The notes under the pieces: generated by a model | Seen by the model: only the letters and a program-made list of their open reading frames with translations | What the model was told of the DNA's origin: nothing | The model's database searches: none | Part shown: positions 34,431-48,203 of the stretch, piece after piece | Layout of the letters: every line of letters begins with the position of its first letter | How positions within the stretch are numbered: the stretch's first letter is position 1 | Position numbers and translations under genes: made by a program | Assembly: GCF_964355755.1 (NCBI RefSeq) | Contig: NC_092671.1 | Location: forward strand, 26,362,070-26,426,069 | Direction of reading: 5' to 3' | Origin: Antedon mediterranea | Taxonomy: Eukaryota > Animalia > Echinodermata | DNA: 64,000 nt

Positions 34431-35979
34431 GTCTTTATAAATGTGGTTGTTCCTTTTGTTACATTTAAGGCTAGGCTTATAGCTAGTTCATATGTTACCG
34501 CTTATTACCAGCTAGGCCTACAAAACTAAGGTTGACCTAGAAATGTCTACAAGAGAACGCACATTTAATACCTGGTTTAATGTTTTTAAAGTTATGCATT
34601 ATTTTTACAAAACGTCAAAAATTGCAGGTCTATTGACTCTTTAACCTATATTTGATGTACAGTCTATTACTGTATGCATATTTACTTGCCATACCTTCAG
34701 TAGCCTAGCCAGAAGTATATGGTACCATATCAAGACAAAATAAAAAAAATAAGGAAAGATGAACTTTTTTTATGACTACACTGTAGTAATCTACTAGAAA
34801 ATTTATCGACAAATATGAAATTGTAGAACTTATCATAAATAATAATTTCTTCAAATTAAAAAAATGTTTGCAACCAAATTATGATCAATGGCCTGTTTTA
34901 TCTATCAATTGTTTTATCATTGTTATTGCTTAAACCTTTTCTACATTTGTAGGAACACTTTCAAATTATAAAGATTGGTAATTATCTGAATCTATTCAAG
35001 CATTTAAAATGCGAGATATTATTATTAGAAAGAATTGTGAAATTGCAAAGATTATATTGTTTTGTTGAGTCAGTCCATTTGTTCACAAGAATTACAATAG
35101 AGATGTTCAGCAACTATTGAAGTGTGATTGTAGTTCTCGTATTTTGTTTTTTTAGCAGATTTACACATGCCTTTATACCCACACTACTGAGAACGTTGGA
35201 CATTGTTTTTCAGCTTGTAAATGCATATTACAAAATCTTTGGTTATGCAAGTCAATTTGGTCAGTAGTTGTGATCTATCTGAAAATTACTCAATAAATTG
35301 TTTAATCTTATAAGCATGCTTTCATTCAAGGTAAGTTCTTCATAGTTTGTTTCTAGTGTTTACTTTTACTTTGGGCTAGTACCAGTAACTTGCCATTAGA
35401 TTCCATTTTTTTTACATAATATATTTTGGATTGTTTAGTTCTCAACAAAGTACAGATTGGGATTACCTTGAATTGAATTGGAATAGCCATAAATAATAAA
35501 GTGTGAAATATAAACATTTGATTCAAACAAAGGTAATACAGTTAGTAGACAGGTCAGTGTGTTGTTCATAGGCTAATTTGCTATTTCAGTCTGTGCTCCT
35601 CCTGTTGCCCTCATCTCTCCCAAGATAATTTGTTTGTCAACATAACAATTTTGCATGTTGTTAGATAAGTAATGTTAAGTATTTCTTCAAGTTTTGACTG
35701 ACATTTATATGCCCACTGGGTTCTAGCAAGGCCAACTTCTGGATAACCAATAAAACAACATGCAAATGTATTTCATTGTGTAATAGCTACCTTCTGATTT
35801 AAACCTGTGACCTTTGCGAGCACCTCTGTGGGTGGTGAATTTCTATAATTTTAAGGGAATCATGTGCTTGATTTTTACAAGGTCATGAATAACTTATTTT
35901 AAATTATAAATACAGTAGTACAGTACTAGTAGAAGTACAGTAGTAACAATATCTGACATACATTTGTTGAAAACTTTAA

Positions 35980-36823
35980 CCTTTTCACTGCGGAGCATTA
36001 CTCCCACTCCCTCTGTGCGTAATATATATTTAAGAAAAACATGATATTTTTAATATTAAATTGCAAAAAAATACTAATTGAGATAATTGTGTAATTATTT
36101 TTGTGGTGCGTGATGGGCAAAGGGTTAGTCTACAGTTAGGTATAAAAAAAAAAGTAATTTCACTGTTGCATATTGATGACGTCATGTGACGTCATTACAT
36201 TACAGGTATTTTGGATTTCGTGTTTTTTATCGAATCAATGATAAAAACTATATTTTCTATAAGAAATTCTTATGGAATACGTTTTTCCAACTAGATATTC
36301 ATGAAGATACGTATAACAAATAAAAATATACAAAAAAATGAATTATTTTTATAGTTTATAAAAATTATGCACAAATCAAGGTTTTGGGGCAAAATCGTGA
36401 AAATAATGACAGTTTCTAAAAATTCACTATAGTACAAAAACTATTTTTTTGTTTAATTTTTTTACTATTTAATTTGTTTTTTTGCGTGTTGTGATAAACA
36501 CCATGTTGCCCTATTGGGGCTGGTAAATTTTTGTTACTTTCAAAATGGCCGCCATTATGCTACTCAAAACAACTTTCCAAGATAGAAATACTATTATATA
36601 CTATATATAATATAACTATAGAGGGCGCATTATTTTCAAGACGATAATACAACTATAGAGTTTTTGCTGGAAAAAATTTGTAATGACTTGCAAAAATATT
36701 CAAGTTCATCGAAAAAATATAGAGGGTGCTATATATTATAGGCAAATACGATTAAATCATTGTTTTGCCCATACCCGGTATTTCCATGTACCTGTATACG
36801 TATTTCAACGACGTCTGAAAGGG
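35980..36823. mobile_element. piggyBac-like MITE
   Basis: TTAA-CCTTTTCA ... TGAAAGGG-TTAA; TIR is short and imperfect. Confidence 0.55.
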
Positions 36824-36984
36824 TTAAAGTATTTTTTTTTTATTAAGAAAATTGAGAAATAGCTTGTCACAAAAAAAGAACAGATCTTAAAATACTATAA
36901 ACTCCAATCAAATTAAAATTCAATCACAAATCTCTGATAATATTCATGAATGACCACCAAGGAGAACAGGTTTTACTCAAGCAC

Positions 36985-37160
36985 ACAAATGGAGTATGGA
37001 TGGGACATGTTCGAAGGAAAGATGAAGAGATACCAATAGACAGAGCTTGGCTGTTGTTGGAAGAAAATAAGGAAAGATGGTTAATGCATGGAGGTATAAA
37101 TACCTATGGTTAATGGTAGACTAAAGAAAAAGAAACCATGAAACAGTGGAGAGAAAGTGC
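36985..37160 (+). mobile_element. RTE-like LINE 3' fragment
   Basis: WMGHVRRKDEEIP (WxGHVxR motif). Confidence 0.5.
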
Positions 37161-37402
37161 AAATTAATCACAGTATTGTTATTGTTCAAAATGGTTATCC
37201 ATGGCAAATCCTAACTGTATTTTAAAAATAAAGAAGATTTTATCAGCGGCACACGTTATCGTAATAGCTTTTTTAGATATTTTAAATCTAAATAGGATTA
37301 AATATACAAGTTGTGTGAGAAACGTAGAGCCTTTAAGAGGGGCGACTCTAACCGTATGAAAATATTGACTAGAGAGATTAAATCTGAAATAATGAAATAG
37401 AA

Positions 37403-39176
37403 GAACATTTATAGGAAAAAAGTTGAACATAACTTCAGGTCTAATAATATGAAACAAGTTTGGCAGGGTATGAAACTTATGAGTGGTTACACAAACGGTG
37501 GTAATACACCCACCTCGATTCCGAATGTTACTTTGCAATATGTTAATGAGTTAAATGAATTTTATAACCGTTTTAATGTTCATGATTTTAAAAAAGAAAG
37601 AGAGGCTCTATTTACAGTAGCTCGTGTCGGGTGACTGACGATGATCCCAAATTTAGTATAAGCATTTCTGATGTACATAACGAATTCATGAAACTCAATT
37701 CATCGAAGGCTGCTGGGCCGGATAGAATCCCACCACGAGTACTTAAGGTCTGCTCTCCTCACCTTGATGGTATATTTACATTTATTTTCAATATGTGTCT
37801 TTCTTATCATGCGTTCCCGGATATTTGGAAACTTTCATGCATTATACCGGTACCTAAGAAACCTAAGATTAACAGCATGAATGATTTGAGACCCGTCGCA
37901 CTCGCGTCTGTCGCGATGAAAATATTGGAACGTATTATTTTAAAAATTATGAAACCTTATGCTGAAAAAGTGTTAGACCCGTTGCAATTTGCTTACCGAT
38001 CACTCCGTAGTACCAGTGATGCGATATATTTTAAATTACATAAATTGTATTCACATCTAGATAATGTAAAGAAAGGCCACTCGGCACGTGTTATGTATTT
38101 TGATTTTCAGTCTGCGTTTAATACCATACAACCCCATATCCTAGCAGACAAAATGTTGAATATGGAGTTTCCCCGTCCGATTGTTCGTTTAGTTTTAAAT
38201 TTCATTTGTGATAGAAAACAATTTGTTAATATTAATGGTGTTAAGTCATAAATCGTAACCTCTGACAACGGTGTTCCTCAGGGTACTGTCAACGCACCTA
38301 AATTATATTCCTTGTATACGGCCGATTACAGATCTTTAAATGATGAGCTTTGCCCCGTTGTTAAATTCGCTGATGACACTTGTACTATTGGTCTCATAGT
38401 TTCAAACAATGATTTGTTAAATTTTGTCACAATAATTATCTCCAAATAAATGCATCTAAAACAAAGGAGATGATCATTGATTTTAGGACTAAACATAAAT
38501 TTAATTTTCAACCAATCACTATCAAAGGTAAAGAAATTGAAATTGTTGACCAGTACAAGTATCTAGGTATTGTTTTCAATGATAAACTGAGTTGGGGAGA
38601 CCATATAGACTTCATCAGCAAAAAATTAAATCCCAGAATGTATTGTATGAGAACTTTATATAAATTTATCTCCTGTGATTTGATGTTACTTTCGTTCTAT
38701 AGTTCCGTTATATGTAGTGTTTGGACGTACTGCCTCTCCTGTTGGGCTGGTAATGTTACCGGAGGGAATAAAGGACGCCTTGAAACTTTCATCCGTCGGA
38801 CTGGTAAAATGATTGGTCTGGAACTGCCTTCCATTACCGATGTGCACCTAGAACACCTCCATAAAGATTTTGAACGCATTGGGTCGGATGCCTCTCATCC
38901 TCTCCACAAAGTGATCATAGACCAACTTCATCCAAGTGGTAGATTGAGGCTCCTCAGTGTGAAAACAAATCGATATGCCAAATCCTTTATTCCCTCCGGT
39001 ATCATCCAGTACAACAGAAAGTCAAGAAGATAATTTTATCTTGTATTTTTGATGTTTTTATATGAATGGTTTTATGCTATATTTGTTTTTATTGTGTTTT
39101 CTTGTTATTATGACGAGCAATGAATTTCCTTTTTGAGGATCAATAAAAGTTATGTTATCTTATCTTATCTTATCTT
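37403..39176 (+). mobile_element. Rex1/Babar-like non-LTR retrotransposon, 5'-truncated, disrupted RT
   Basis: VWQGMK, KAAGPDRIPPRVLKVC, LDPLQFAYR, FDFQSAFNTIQPH, GVPQGT, KFADDT, YKYLG, SHPLH; stop at 38249 and frameshifts; AATAAA then (TTATC)n tail. Confidence 0.88.
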
Positions 39177-40486
39177 ACCCGAAGGACAATTTATAGTAAC
39201 AAAAGGTATTAAGTCACGTGTAGTACTGTACACATTGCATTCAAAGTAGAAACTCAACATTTTTTGTACTGAGTACATAAATGTATTATCTTGTGCCCAT
39301 TTTGCCCGGATAAACCTCTTCTTTCTGATTCACAATTTCTATAAAAAAACACCTGTTCCACTTGAATGCATAAATTATCTTTCATTATGCAAATTTGTTA
39401 TCATATCATCTATTTCCATTCCAAGTGCATGATCGCATTATCCGCATGACTGATATTTGACAGACAATGAAGATGTCTTGATCTAGAATTGTGCTAACTA
39501 CGCGTGCGTGACTTCATCCACAATCTAGAAGAACTAGGTCTGTAATGCATTCAATACCCACCTTGTTGATTCTAATTTGTTTATTTTGTTTACAATATCC
39601 ATTACAAATAAGTAAACTTAGTTGCTGTAGCGAATAGTGTTAAACTAATTAGCTTTAGCTGACATTACAGCGACAAATTATGTTATGCCAATAGCAATGT
39701 CTGGTTTTATTTCAAGCACCAACATGATTTAATTAATTAATGTAGGTTCATCGATTTAATCATTCATTTCTATTTATGCTCTTAATTGTATCTTTTTGGC
39801 GATCTCATGGACCTTGTTAATTTAGAATGAGATTAGGGTATTTGATCTCGGTTTCTCACATTTGAATTAATAACATTTTAATATACATACTCAGCTTTAT
39901 GTACAGTAAACATTGTAAGAATTATGTGAGACATGGATATTAATTAGACTTGTGAATCTTGCGTGATTGTAAAACCTGTCGTGTACGCCATCTGTAACTG
40001 CTGTACTGCGCAGCCAAATTGAGAGTGCTCAATTTTTTTAATAGACCTAGCTTTCGACAATCGATATTGATAGTATTGAGTGTCATTTGTAATTCTATTG
40101 CCAAGTTAAATATACGCTTTTTGAAACCATATTTTTACTACTTACGTACTTAGCCTGGGACATACACGAAATTATTGGACTTGATTCCTCCATCCAACTT
40201 CCTGTCTGCCATTGTGACAGCCAGTTCTTCTCTCTAGTACATCAGGGTGCAGTGCTGGTCTTCCTTGTTTTGCAAGCCCATAATTTGGCTGACACCTTTT
40301 TTTTCCATTAGTTTCTTGCGGCTGCAAAAAGGTGACCTTTCTTTATGTCAAAAAAACTGTTTCCAGAGTTCCATGTAAAAAAGGATGATTGATTGATTGT
40401 AATCAGGATTAAACTTGACTGATATATTTATTTTGCAATTTTTGTAAAATTGTTTGTAAAATAAATCAAAATATTGTATACTTTTA

Positions 40487-41323
40487 GGGCCTGTTTCTGC
40501 TGCAACTGCTCAAAATACGGTATAGAAATATGGTGTAAAAAAAAAAAATGGTATATTTTATACCGTATTGTTTAGTATCCCGTTTCTGCTAATAATACTT
40601 CTTGGGTGGTCGTGTTAAAATTCATCCTTTAACCCAAATTGCCATTCGTGAGCCGGAAGACTGTGTTTGACATAAGTATACTGAGCGTGAGCACTAAGGT
40701 AACTCCACTCTCAAGGAATTCCCACTCTCGATCTCCACACACACCAGGGATACACATGTGCTTTCCCAATAAACATGGTAGACCTAACGAAGAACGTCTT
40801 AATTAAAAGTTGCATGCAATAAAGGAAGTTTTACGCTTTACTTTCAACAGCCTAGCCCTAGTGATAGAGATGTAGTGAACACAGGTATGGCCCGATGTCC
40901 CAATATCCGGTCCAAAACATCGTAACGGGGACAAGTAATTCGTTCCCTCCCCCAGTCTTTTGCAATGTTGTACTGCATTCACAGGCTTTTCAATTTGAGT
41001 TTACTTTGCTTTGGAGACTATTCCGTACTCACAGATTTATAAAATACCGTAACGTCTTCGCTCCACATTTTAGTTGAATATATCTATACACTTGTAAAAC
41101 AGCTGACAACGGTATTTTTTATTGGCATCAGAAATAGTTACAGAAAATACGGTATAAATTTGAAAATACCAAAATCATTTGGTGGGGAAAATACGGTGTG
41201 CAAAAAAAATCTATTTTTTTATGAGCGCTGTTTCCGCTACCAAAAAAATACTGTATATATATATACAGTATTAAACAAATATCGTATTAAATACGGTATT
41301 TACTTGGCAGCAGAAACAGGGTC
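40487..41323. mobile_element. PIF/Harbinger MITE
   Basis: TIRs GGGCCTGTTTCTGCTGC / GCAGCAGAAACAGGGTC. Confidence 0.8.
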
Positions 41324-41387
41324 TATTCTGATTAACTTGTGAGAAAAATGTTCATACTGTGTATTACATTTTTATATTAAAATCTTA

Positions 41388-42254
41388 GGGTCTGTTTCTG
41401 GTGAAAAAATCAAAATAATCAATTTTTTCCAGTCAACGTAAACCACAAAAATAATTGTGTTGCAATTGAAAATTGCTACGACTTTAATCGGTTATTCAGG
41501 TAATCGGTTTTTAAAATCACGTCATCATTCCCCCACACAGCGCAGTTCAAGTTATGGAAGGCCGATGAGAGTTGGTTTGTTTACATCCTATCGCTGCCTA
41601 AAACTCTCACATGTAGGATTAAAAATTACTCATTACGTATTAAAGCTATTTAATATTATCTGTTATATTAATAAGGACACGTCGGCGAGAAAAGTTTGTT
41701 TCGCCGTTCGTTTCGCCGTTCGTTGGTTCGGCCTGCTAGGCCTATCTATAGGCTATATATTTCTACCGAAACAAGTCAACAGGCCTAAAAAAGGACATGT
41801 AAAACATCGTTAGCCTGGACTGGTGGGATGTAACGGTGTACTTGTAACACAGAATCCTGGAGTCTCTCTGTATAATTCTCCCTCACAAAATAATAAAAAT
41901 CAAATGTTTAACATTGATTGTTATTCGGTCTATATCGCGATCGTTGTTTTGCTGCTGATCGTCGTCGATATCGGTCAAATAAACAGCATGCTCTTCGTGA
42001 CGTGAATGAGTTTGCCATACTCTAGAGGTCAAAGTGGGGTCAATAATCGCTATTTGTGTTGCAGCTCAAAACTGCTCCGCAATAATCGGTTAAAACAAGA
42101 AATAATCGATTAAAACACGCAAGGGATTGAGTGTTTTTAATCGGTTATTTTTAATCGGTTATTTTATTTTGCGCGGTTTCTGCTGCCCAAAAATAATCGA
42201 TTAAAAAAATAAACGGTTAATAATCGATTATGTCTGCTCAGCAGAAACAGGCCC
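41388..42254. mobile_element. PIF/Harbinger MITE
   Basis: TIRs GGGTCTGTTTCTG / CAGAAACAGGCCC with TTA TSD on both sides; repeated AATCG(G/A)TTA sub-terminal motifs. Confidence 0.85.
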
Positions 42255-42461
42255 TTAGTTGAAGTCTTTGATTTGTAAATTTTAACTTCTCATAACAACA
42301 TAATCATTCAATTAGTGCACTATAGACTTACTAAGAAAACAAAAACAAGAGAAACTTAAGCTGGACATAAGTTTCCTACTAAGGTGTGATAGCCTGGACG
42401 AGAATAGTAAAGTTTATCATTAGCGGGTCACACTACTCTAGTCATGCATTTAATTGATTTG

Positions 42462-42983
42462 AGGTTTCATAATGGGTATGTACTTATTGTAGGTTTCATA
42501 ATGGGTATGTACTTATTGTAGGTTTCATAATGGGTATGTACTTATTGTAGGTTTCATAATGGGTATGTACTTATTGTAGGTTTCATAATGGGTATGTACT
42601 TATTGTAGGTTTCATAATGGGTATGTACTTATTGTAGGTTTCATAATGGGTATGTACTTATTGTAGGTTTCATAATGGGTATGTACTTATTGTAGGTTTC
42701 ATAATGGGTATGTACTTATTGTAGGTTTCATAATGGGTATGTACTTATTGTAGGTTTCATAATGGGTATGTACTTATTGTAGGTTTCATAATGGGTATGT
42801 ACTTATTGTAGGTTTCATAATGGGTATGTACTTATTGTAGGTTTCATAATGGGTATGTACTTATTGTAGGTTTCATAATGGGTATGTACTTATTGTAGGT
42901 TTCATAATGGGTATGTACTTATTGTAGGTTTCATAATGGGTATGTACTTATTGTAGGTTTCATAATGGGTATGTACTTATTGT
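42462..42983. repeat. 29-bp minisatellite AGGTTTCATAATGGGTATGTACTTATTGT x18
   Basis: Perfect period 29; no variant units seen. Confidence 0.97.
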
Positions 42984-43190
42984 TGGATCATTGTAAAATA
43001 CTGTAAAATAGATAGTTTCAATAGACTTAACAAAAATACACTTGTTTTGTAGAATTAGTTTTTATATTATGTGATACATTTATGTAAATTTTTCATTTAA
43101 TAAGAATAAATAAAGAAAAAGGGATAAGTGGGATATTATCAAGATACTGAAATCTGTAGTACACTAGGTATTATTGACAACAGTAGCTTA

Positions 43191-43408
43191 AGGGCGTGTT
43201 CAGACCTACAGAGTAAATGCTTTTGTATCATATAACTCCATGTCAGAACCAGGAAAAGATTAGTAGAAGGTAAGGTATAACATTAGTGAATGACGCTTAT
43301 GATACGAAAGTCATTCATCATTCATTTTGACCTCCAACCAATCAAATTTACTCTTGCATTCACTTCAGTTTCTAACGAAAGCGTTAAGTTAAGCAAGTCT
43401 GAACACTT
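43191..43408. mobile_element. Small Harbinger-like MITE
   Basis: GTGTTCAGAC / GTCTGAACAC inverted ends. Confidence 0.45.
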
Positions 43409-43513
43409 TACTGTTACAACCCTATTATAATATGACCTTTCTTGTGATACGAAAACAAAATTCGGAACACACCCAAAGTTAAGTTGGTAAAACGAATTTA
43501 CAGTTAGCAACGC

Positions 43514-43772
43514 AAACCTGTTGTACAGTAGTACCTGGGCAAACCTATTTATAGTACCTGGCAAAACTATTTATAGTACCTGGGCAAACCTATTTATAGT
43601 ACCTGGATAAACCTATTTATAGTATGCAGTGGGTAACCTATTTCAACACTTATTGTACCTTGGTTAACCTGGATAAACCTATTGCAGTACCTGGATAAAC
43701 CTATTGTAGTACCTGGATAAACCTATTGTAGTACCTGGATAAACATGTTAATGGTACCTGGATAAAACCTTA
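43514..43772. repeat. Degenerate ~21-23 bp tandem repeat (GTACCTGGATAAACCTATT...)
   Basis: Resumes at 44497-44560 after the inserted element. Confidence 0.8.
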
Positions 43773-43776
43773 CTAT

Positions 43777-44492
43777 GGGCCTGTTCGTAGGGGTTGAAAA
43801 TACCAGCTTATTCCCGATTTCTGTTCGCGTGATCCAATTAACTTTTGCCTCGGGCTACAAAAAATTCGAGGTAAAATGTTCACCAAATTTGCAGGTTATT
43901 TCAGCGATAATCCAATTATACTCGGCCTTCGAGGATAATAAATCTCCGATAGAGGCAATGTGTCAAATTTTGGCAAACGTTCGCTGCCTAGGCCCGTCAT
44001 TTCTCCTACGAAGCTCTTCCATACACGCTTCGAGAGCGATCGTCAGCTGGTGCTGTCCTTGTTGGTGTAGACCGCTTAGTAGGCCTAGCTGGTCGGGGAG
44101 CCGCTGGTCGGTGGTGTTTCCGTCGTGTAACATTGGGCTCAAATTCTTCGTCAATGAGTAAAATAATGGTCGTCAGGAGAAGGCATATTTCGGCAGGATT
44201 ATCGGCGTTAAGAGGCATAAGGTTTTTCGCAAGGATAAGCAGTGTAATAGGTAGCAAGTAATTGTTATTGTAAAGAAAGATTGCGAGTAAAAAATATACA
44301 ACACGAAACTAGCGTGCGAAAATGGGGTCGTAGGTTGTAAAGACAACTGACCTTAAAACGTAATTTCCGGTTTGTGATTCGTCGATTAAGCATTTAAGCG
44401 GTTAAATATTTCAAGTACGAACAACGCTCAATTTATAACCCGAGGCATGGGTGAAATTAAGCGCTTATTTTAACCACCGTACGAACACGACC
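43777..44492. mobile_element. PIF/Harbinger-like non-autonomous element
   Basis: TIRs GGGCCTGTTCGTA / TACGAACACGACC, TAT on both flanks; interrupts a tandem repeat. Confidence 0.7.
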
Positions 44493-44653
44493 TATGATAA
44501 CCTACAATGGATAAACCTACCCTGGGTAAAGTTGCACTATTGCAGTACCTTGGTAGGCCTACTGTATAAGTCCATTTTCTTTCAAGCAGTACAACACTGT
44601 TAATTAGGTTATATGCATGATATGCATATAACCTCTTGATTCTGTCAAAATCT

Positions 44654-44712
<59 letters not shown>

Positions 44713-44713
44713 T
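44654..44713. repeat. (ATTT)n microsatellite
   Basis: Read directly. Confidence 0.92.
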
Positions 44714-44741
44714 TCTTTCCTTAGCACTATTTGTCCGTGAA

Positions 44742-45267
44742 TTATCTTGGCATCAGTTTCATCTATCTAAGTCAATTTTTCAGAGTATATTCCTTATGGC
44801 CAGGAATCGATGTGGTTATGTTTTCACGATGCGCAATCCAAAATTACGCGGTCTACGCGCGATTTAACGAAATCACGTTTGTAATCATATCTTCACAAAC
44901 ATGAATCACTTTTAAACAAAATTTGGTACTCATAAATTTCAGGTCATATTTCATCATATGGCAATACAATTACGTGCGTAGCGCATATAACGCATGCGTA
45001 CGCGCGCTTAAAATGTTGAAAATTGTCAGAATTTATTTTCGATGAAATTAGAGTACGTTTCAGGCAATTTTAAGCGTTTAAAAAATTGCCATGAGTGCGC
45101 AGATTTTTGCACGCGCACTGCGCGTCAAACGGTAATGCGCACTGTTTGTGTCCGATTACTGTTGTATAACCTTTCTTTAATAATATCATCATATTTTATT
45201 CACTTTTCAACGCGAAACAGCGTTATACGAGCACGTCAAAAGTGACGGGCTACGCACGTGTAAGTTA
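44742..45267 (+). mobile_element. Second, inverted copy of the repeat core at 2950-3435
   Basis: Long reverse-complement match, e.g. caatacaattacgtgcgtagcgca...acgcatgcgtacgcgcgcttaaaat. Confidence 0.8.
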
Positions 45268-46688
45268 ACAAAAGGGTGAAAATATGCTAAATTTTAAAAT
45301 TAATATATATCGTTAGAATGCTCGGGAACACCTATTTTTTATTTAATTTTCTTGAAGTGTATGTATCATATGTATGATTTATTATGAAATTAGAAGAACA
45401 AAAGTTGATTAAGTCATCATTAATGCCATATTAAATTTAACAAAATTAATTTCGACAATCAAACAAATTATAACATTTTCTTAGGCCAAAATAACAAACT
45501 TAACGTTAACTTTCTTCCTTAAGAAGTTCATATATTAAAGTTAAAAGTATATAGTTTGACAGTGCATCATCTTTTTAAATTTTTAAAGATGTCATCATAG
45601 TAAAACATTATAATTCATTGCGGTATGTAATAATCTATCTGCACCAAAGTGGTTACTGCATAGTAAATACACGGAGGAACTTTTCTCCAACTTTTAGTCA
45701 GTTGTGTATGGCTCGATGGTCTGTGCTCGTGTCAATGGCCTTCAAGGTACCGTGTTCGAGTCTCACCTTGGGAAACGAAATAAGATTTTTTTTTTATTAT
45801 CCGTATTGTTCAAATTTATTTCTTAGTGTATAGATTATACACATGATTTATAATGAAATCTAGATAAAAAGTTACTTTATGTCTTTATTATTATGTAACA
45901 ACAAATGCGGTTTATGACATTATACGCAGAGGGATCTTTGATCGGATTGTGATACCGGCTATGGTGTTCGCGTTAGCAAGGTCCTATCATATATTATAAA
46001 TAATTAAAGATTCTGAGAAAATCAATCAATCAATATATCTTTTAAAAATCAATTATCTTTATTTAAATCAATGCATATAACCTATAATTCGTCATAGTGA
46101 CGAATTAAATCTAGTTGATTTTAATATTATAATAGTCAGACATTCAACTATCAGTTACCTCTCTAAAATGTTATTAATATTTATAATATGTAGATAACCA
46201 AATTTAAGTTTCATGTACCTGAGGACAACTATTTATGGTATACCTAGATAAACTAGTTTTACCTGGATAATGTATAATCTTCCATGTACTGTATGTGATA
46301 TGTCATATCCTTGATTTATATATTAAGATTTACATTATTGTCTTATCCTAGCAAATCATCTGCAATACATTGTTTTCATTGTTGTCATGGAAATAGTATA
46401 ATTATTTGTAAAGATGACTGTTTTTTTATGATCATTTTAGTTCATTGGAATTGCATAATTTGTACATTGTATAACAATTTGTATAAACTGAATATCAATG
46501 AATGCACTATACTGAATTGGTTGATGGTATTACTGTTATTAGCTTTGGAATCGACTTGCTTATATATTATACAATAGTGTTTTTACCATCAATATTTGAG
46601 TTAAAATATTGGTACCTTGATAATGGTTGCTTGTCTTTATAATGTAAGTTGTATTGTTTAGTGTGTATTTTGTACCAGCACGCAACAA

Positions 46689-46818
46689 GCTACATTCACA
46701 CTTGTTCCGTTTAACAGAATGGAAGACGGCGCCATTTTGTTAAAAAATGGAAAATTGTATACAAAATTAAATTGCGCCTTCTTCTGTCCCATGAAATGAA
46801 CAATTGTTGAATGTAGCT
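46689..46818. mobile_element. Small MITE (AGCTACATTCA TIRs)
   Basis: AGCTACATTCACACTTGTTC / GAACAATTGTTGAATGTAGCT; partial copy at 3902-3930. Confidence 0.55.
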
Positions 46819-47417
46819 AAGCTTTACAGTAAGTAAGCTCTGATTTAGCCAAACAAACAAATCTTACTATTTATCTGTTTTTTACTTGTAATTGTCATAA
46901 ACCAAAGACTTGTTTGCACTGGACTTGAAAAATGGTAAATTTAACCAATAAGCAAATATGAAGGCTTTCATCTCTTCATCATAGACCAAGATGTGAATAG
47001 TGAATTATTGTTACCAGCAAGGCCTATTTAGGCTTATTTAATATTTCCCTGTGTAATTTCAGTTAATTTATTTTTGCCTCCATAACAATATAAATAAACA
47101 AATATTTCTTAACAAAAAACGCTGCTCGCTTGTTGACGTATTATATTGTCCCCCTAAAAAATATTTTTTATTTCAAATTTGTTTTTGAATGTGTCTTTTA
47201 TTGTCACATAATAGTATTCACGTTAACCCATGGAGGAAATTCCTCCATGGTTAACCAAACAATTATTTTCTATAAAAAATGTAATTTAAAGCAAAAAATA
47301 CTTAAATTGTCTGTCAGACAATGGATTTAGGGTTATAATTAAACGTTTCTTTTCTGTTTTTATACGTGAATAAATGTTACTTTTGTGTTACAAGTGAATA
47401 AAAAATACTGAATCTGT

Positions 47418-48203
47418 GGCCCCATTTCTGCTGCCAATCCCAAATATACCGTATAAATATACCGTATACCGTATATGAAATTCGTGCACCGTTTCCGCTG
47501 CACATACTTCGTGGGTTTGCTGTAAAAAAGTTGGCTTTCATTACCCAAAATGCATTTCGTGAGACGGAAGTATGGATTGACCTAGAGTCTCGTGTAGTGA
47601 GGTTTATACCTGACAAAAACAAAACAATGATGGTTTCTCAAAACATCGTAGCATTGCTTTCTATTTTAAATCTAATGAGCAGAAGTGGCAACGAATTTAC
47701 ACCGCACATACAAGCACAATCTAGAAATGTAGAATGGGCATTGACTAGATTTATGCAAAGAAGACGCAACCCTATTGTGTTGCTCAACTGGTGGAATGAA
47801 ACTGTGTAACCGCTACACCGACCAGTTGTGGAAAGAGAATTTTCGTATGTCAAAAGGTACTACTACTACTATGACTTACGACCCTAGCTAGAGGCCTAGA
47901 CTAGGCCTATATGTATGTATGCCCCTCTATATATATTTCAATATATTTATATACTAGGCTTAGGCTTTTTTTTTTTAATCCAGGCACCCTAGTACTAGTA
48001 GTAGACTCCACTTGTTTTCTCCCCACAATTGAATTGCAAAAATAGTTATTTCTTCAGTCCACATTGACCACGATGGGGATATTTATGCGGTACAGTATAT
48101 ATACCGCATATATATACACGTTATATTTTTTATGAGACCCGTTTCTGCTGCCAAAAAATATACAGTATATATACGGTATATTTTTGGCAACAGAAACGGG
48201 GCC
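47418..48203 (+). mobile_element. PIF/Harbinger deletion derivative with transposase N-terminal relic
   Basis: TIRs GGCCCCATTTCTGCTGCC / GGCAACAGAAACGGGGCC; NWWNETV then, frameshifted, YTDQLWKENFRMSKGT (FRMS motif of HARBI1-like transposases). Confidence 0.8.

Noticed and set aside
43775-44257. ORFs inside the Harbinger-like element as host genes
   Set aside because: They lie within TIRs, are short and overlapping, and show no confident domain.
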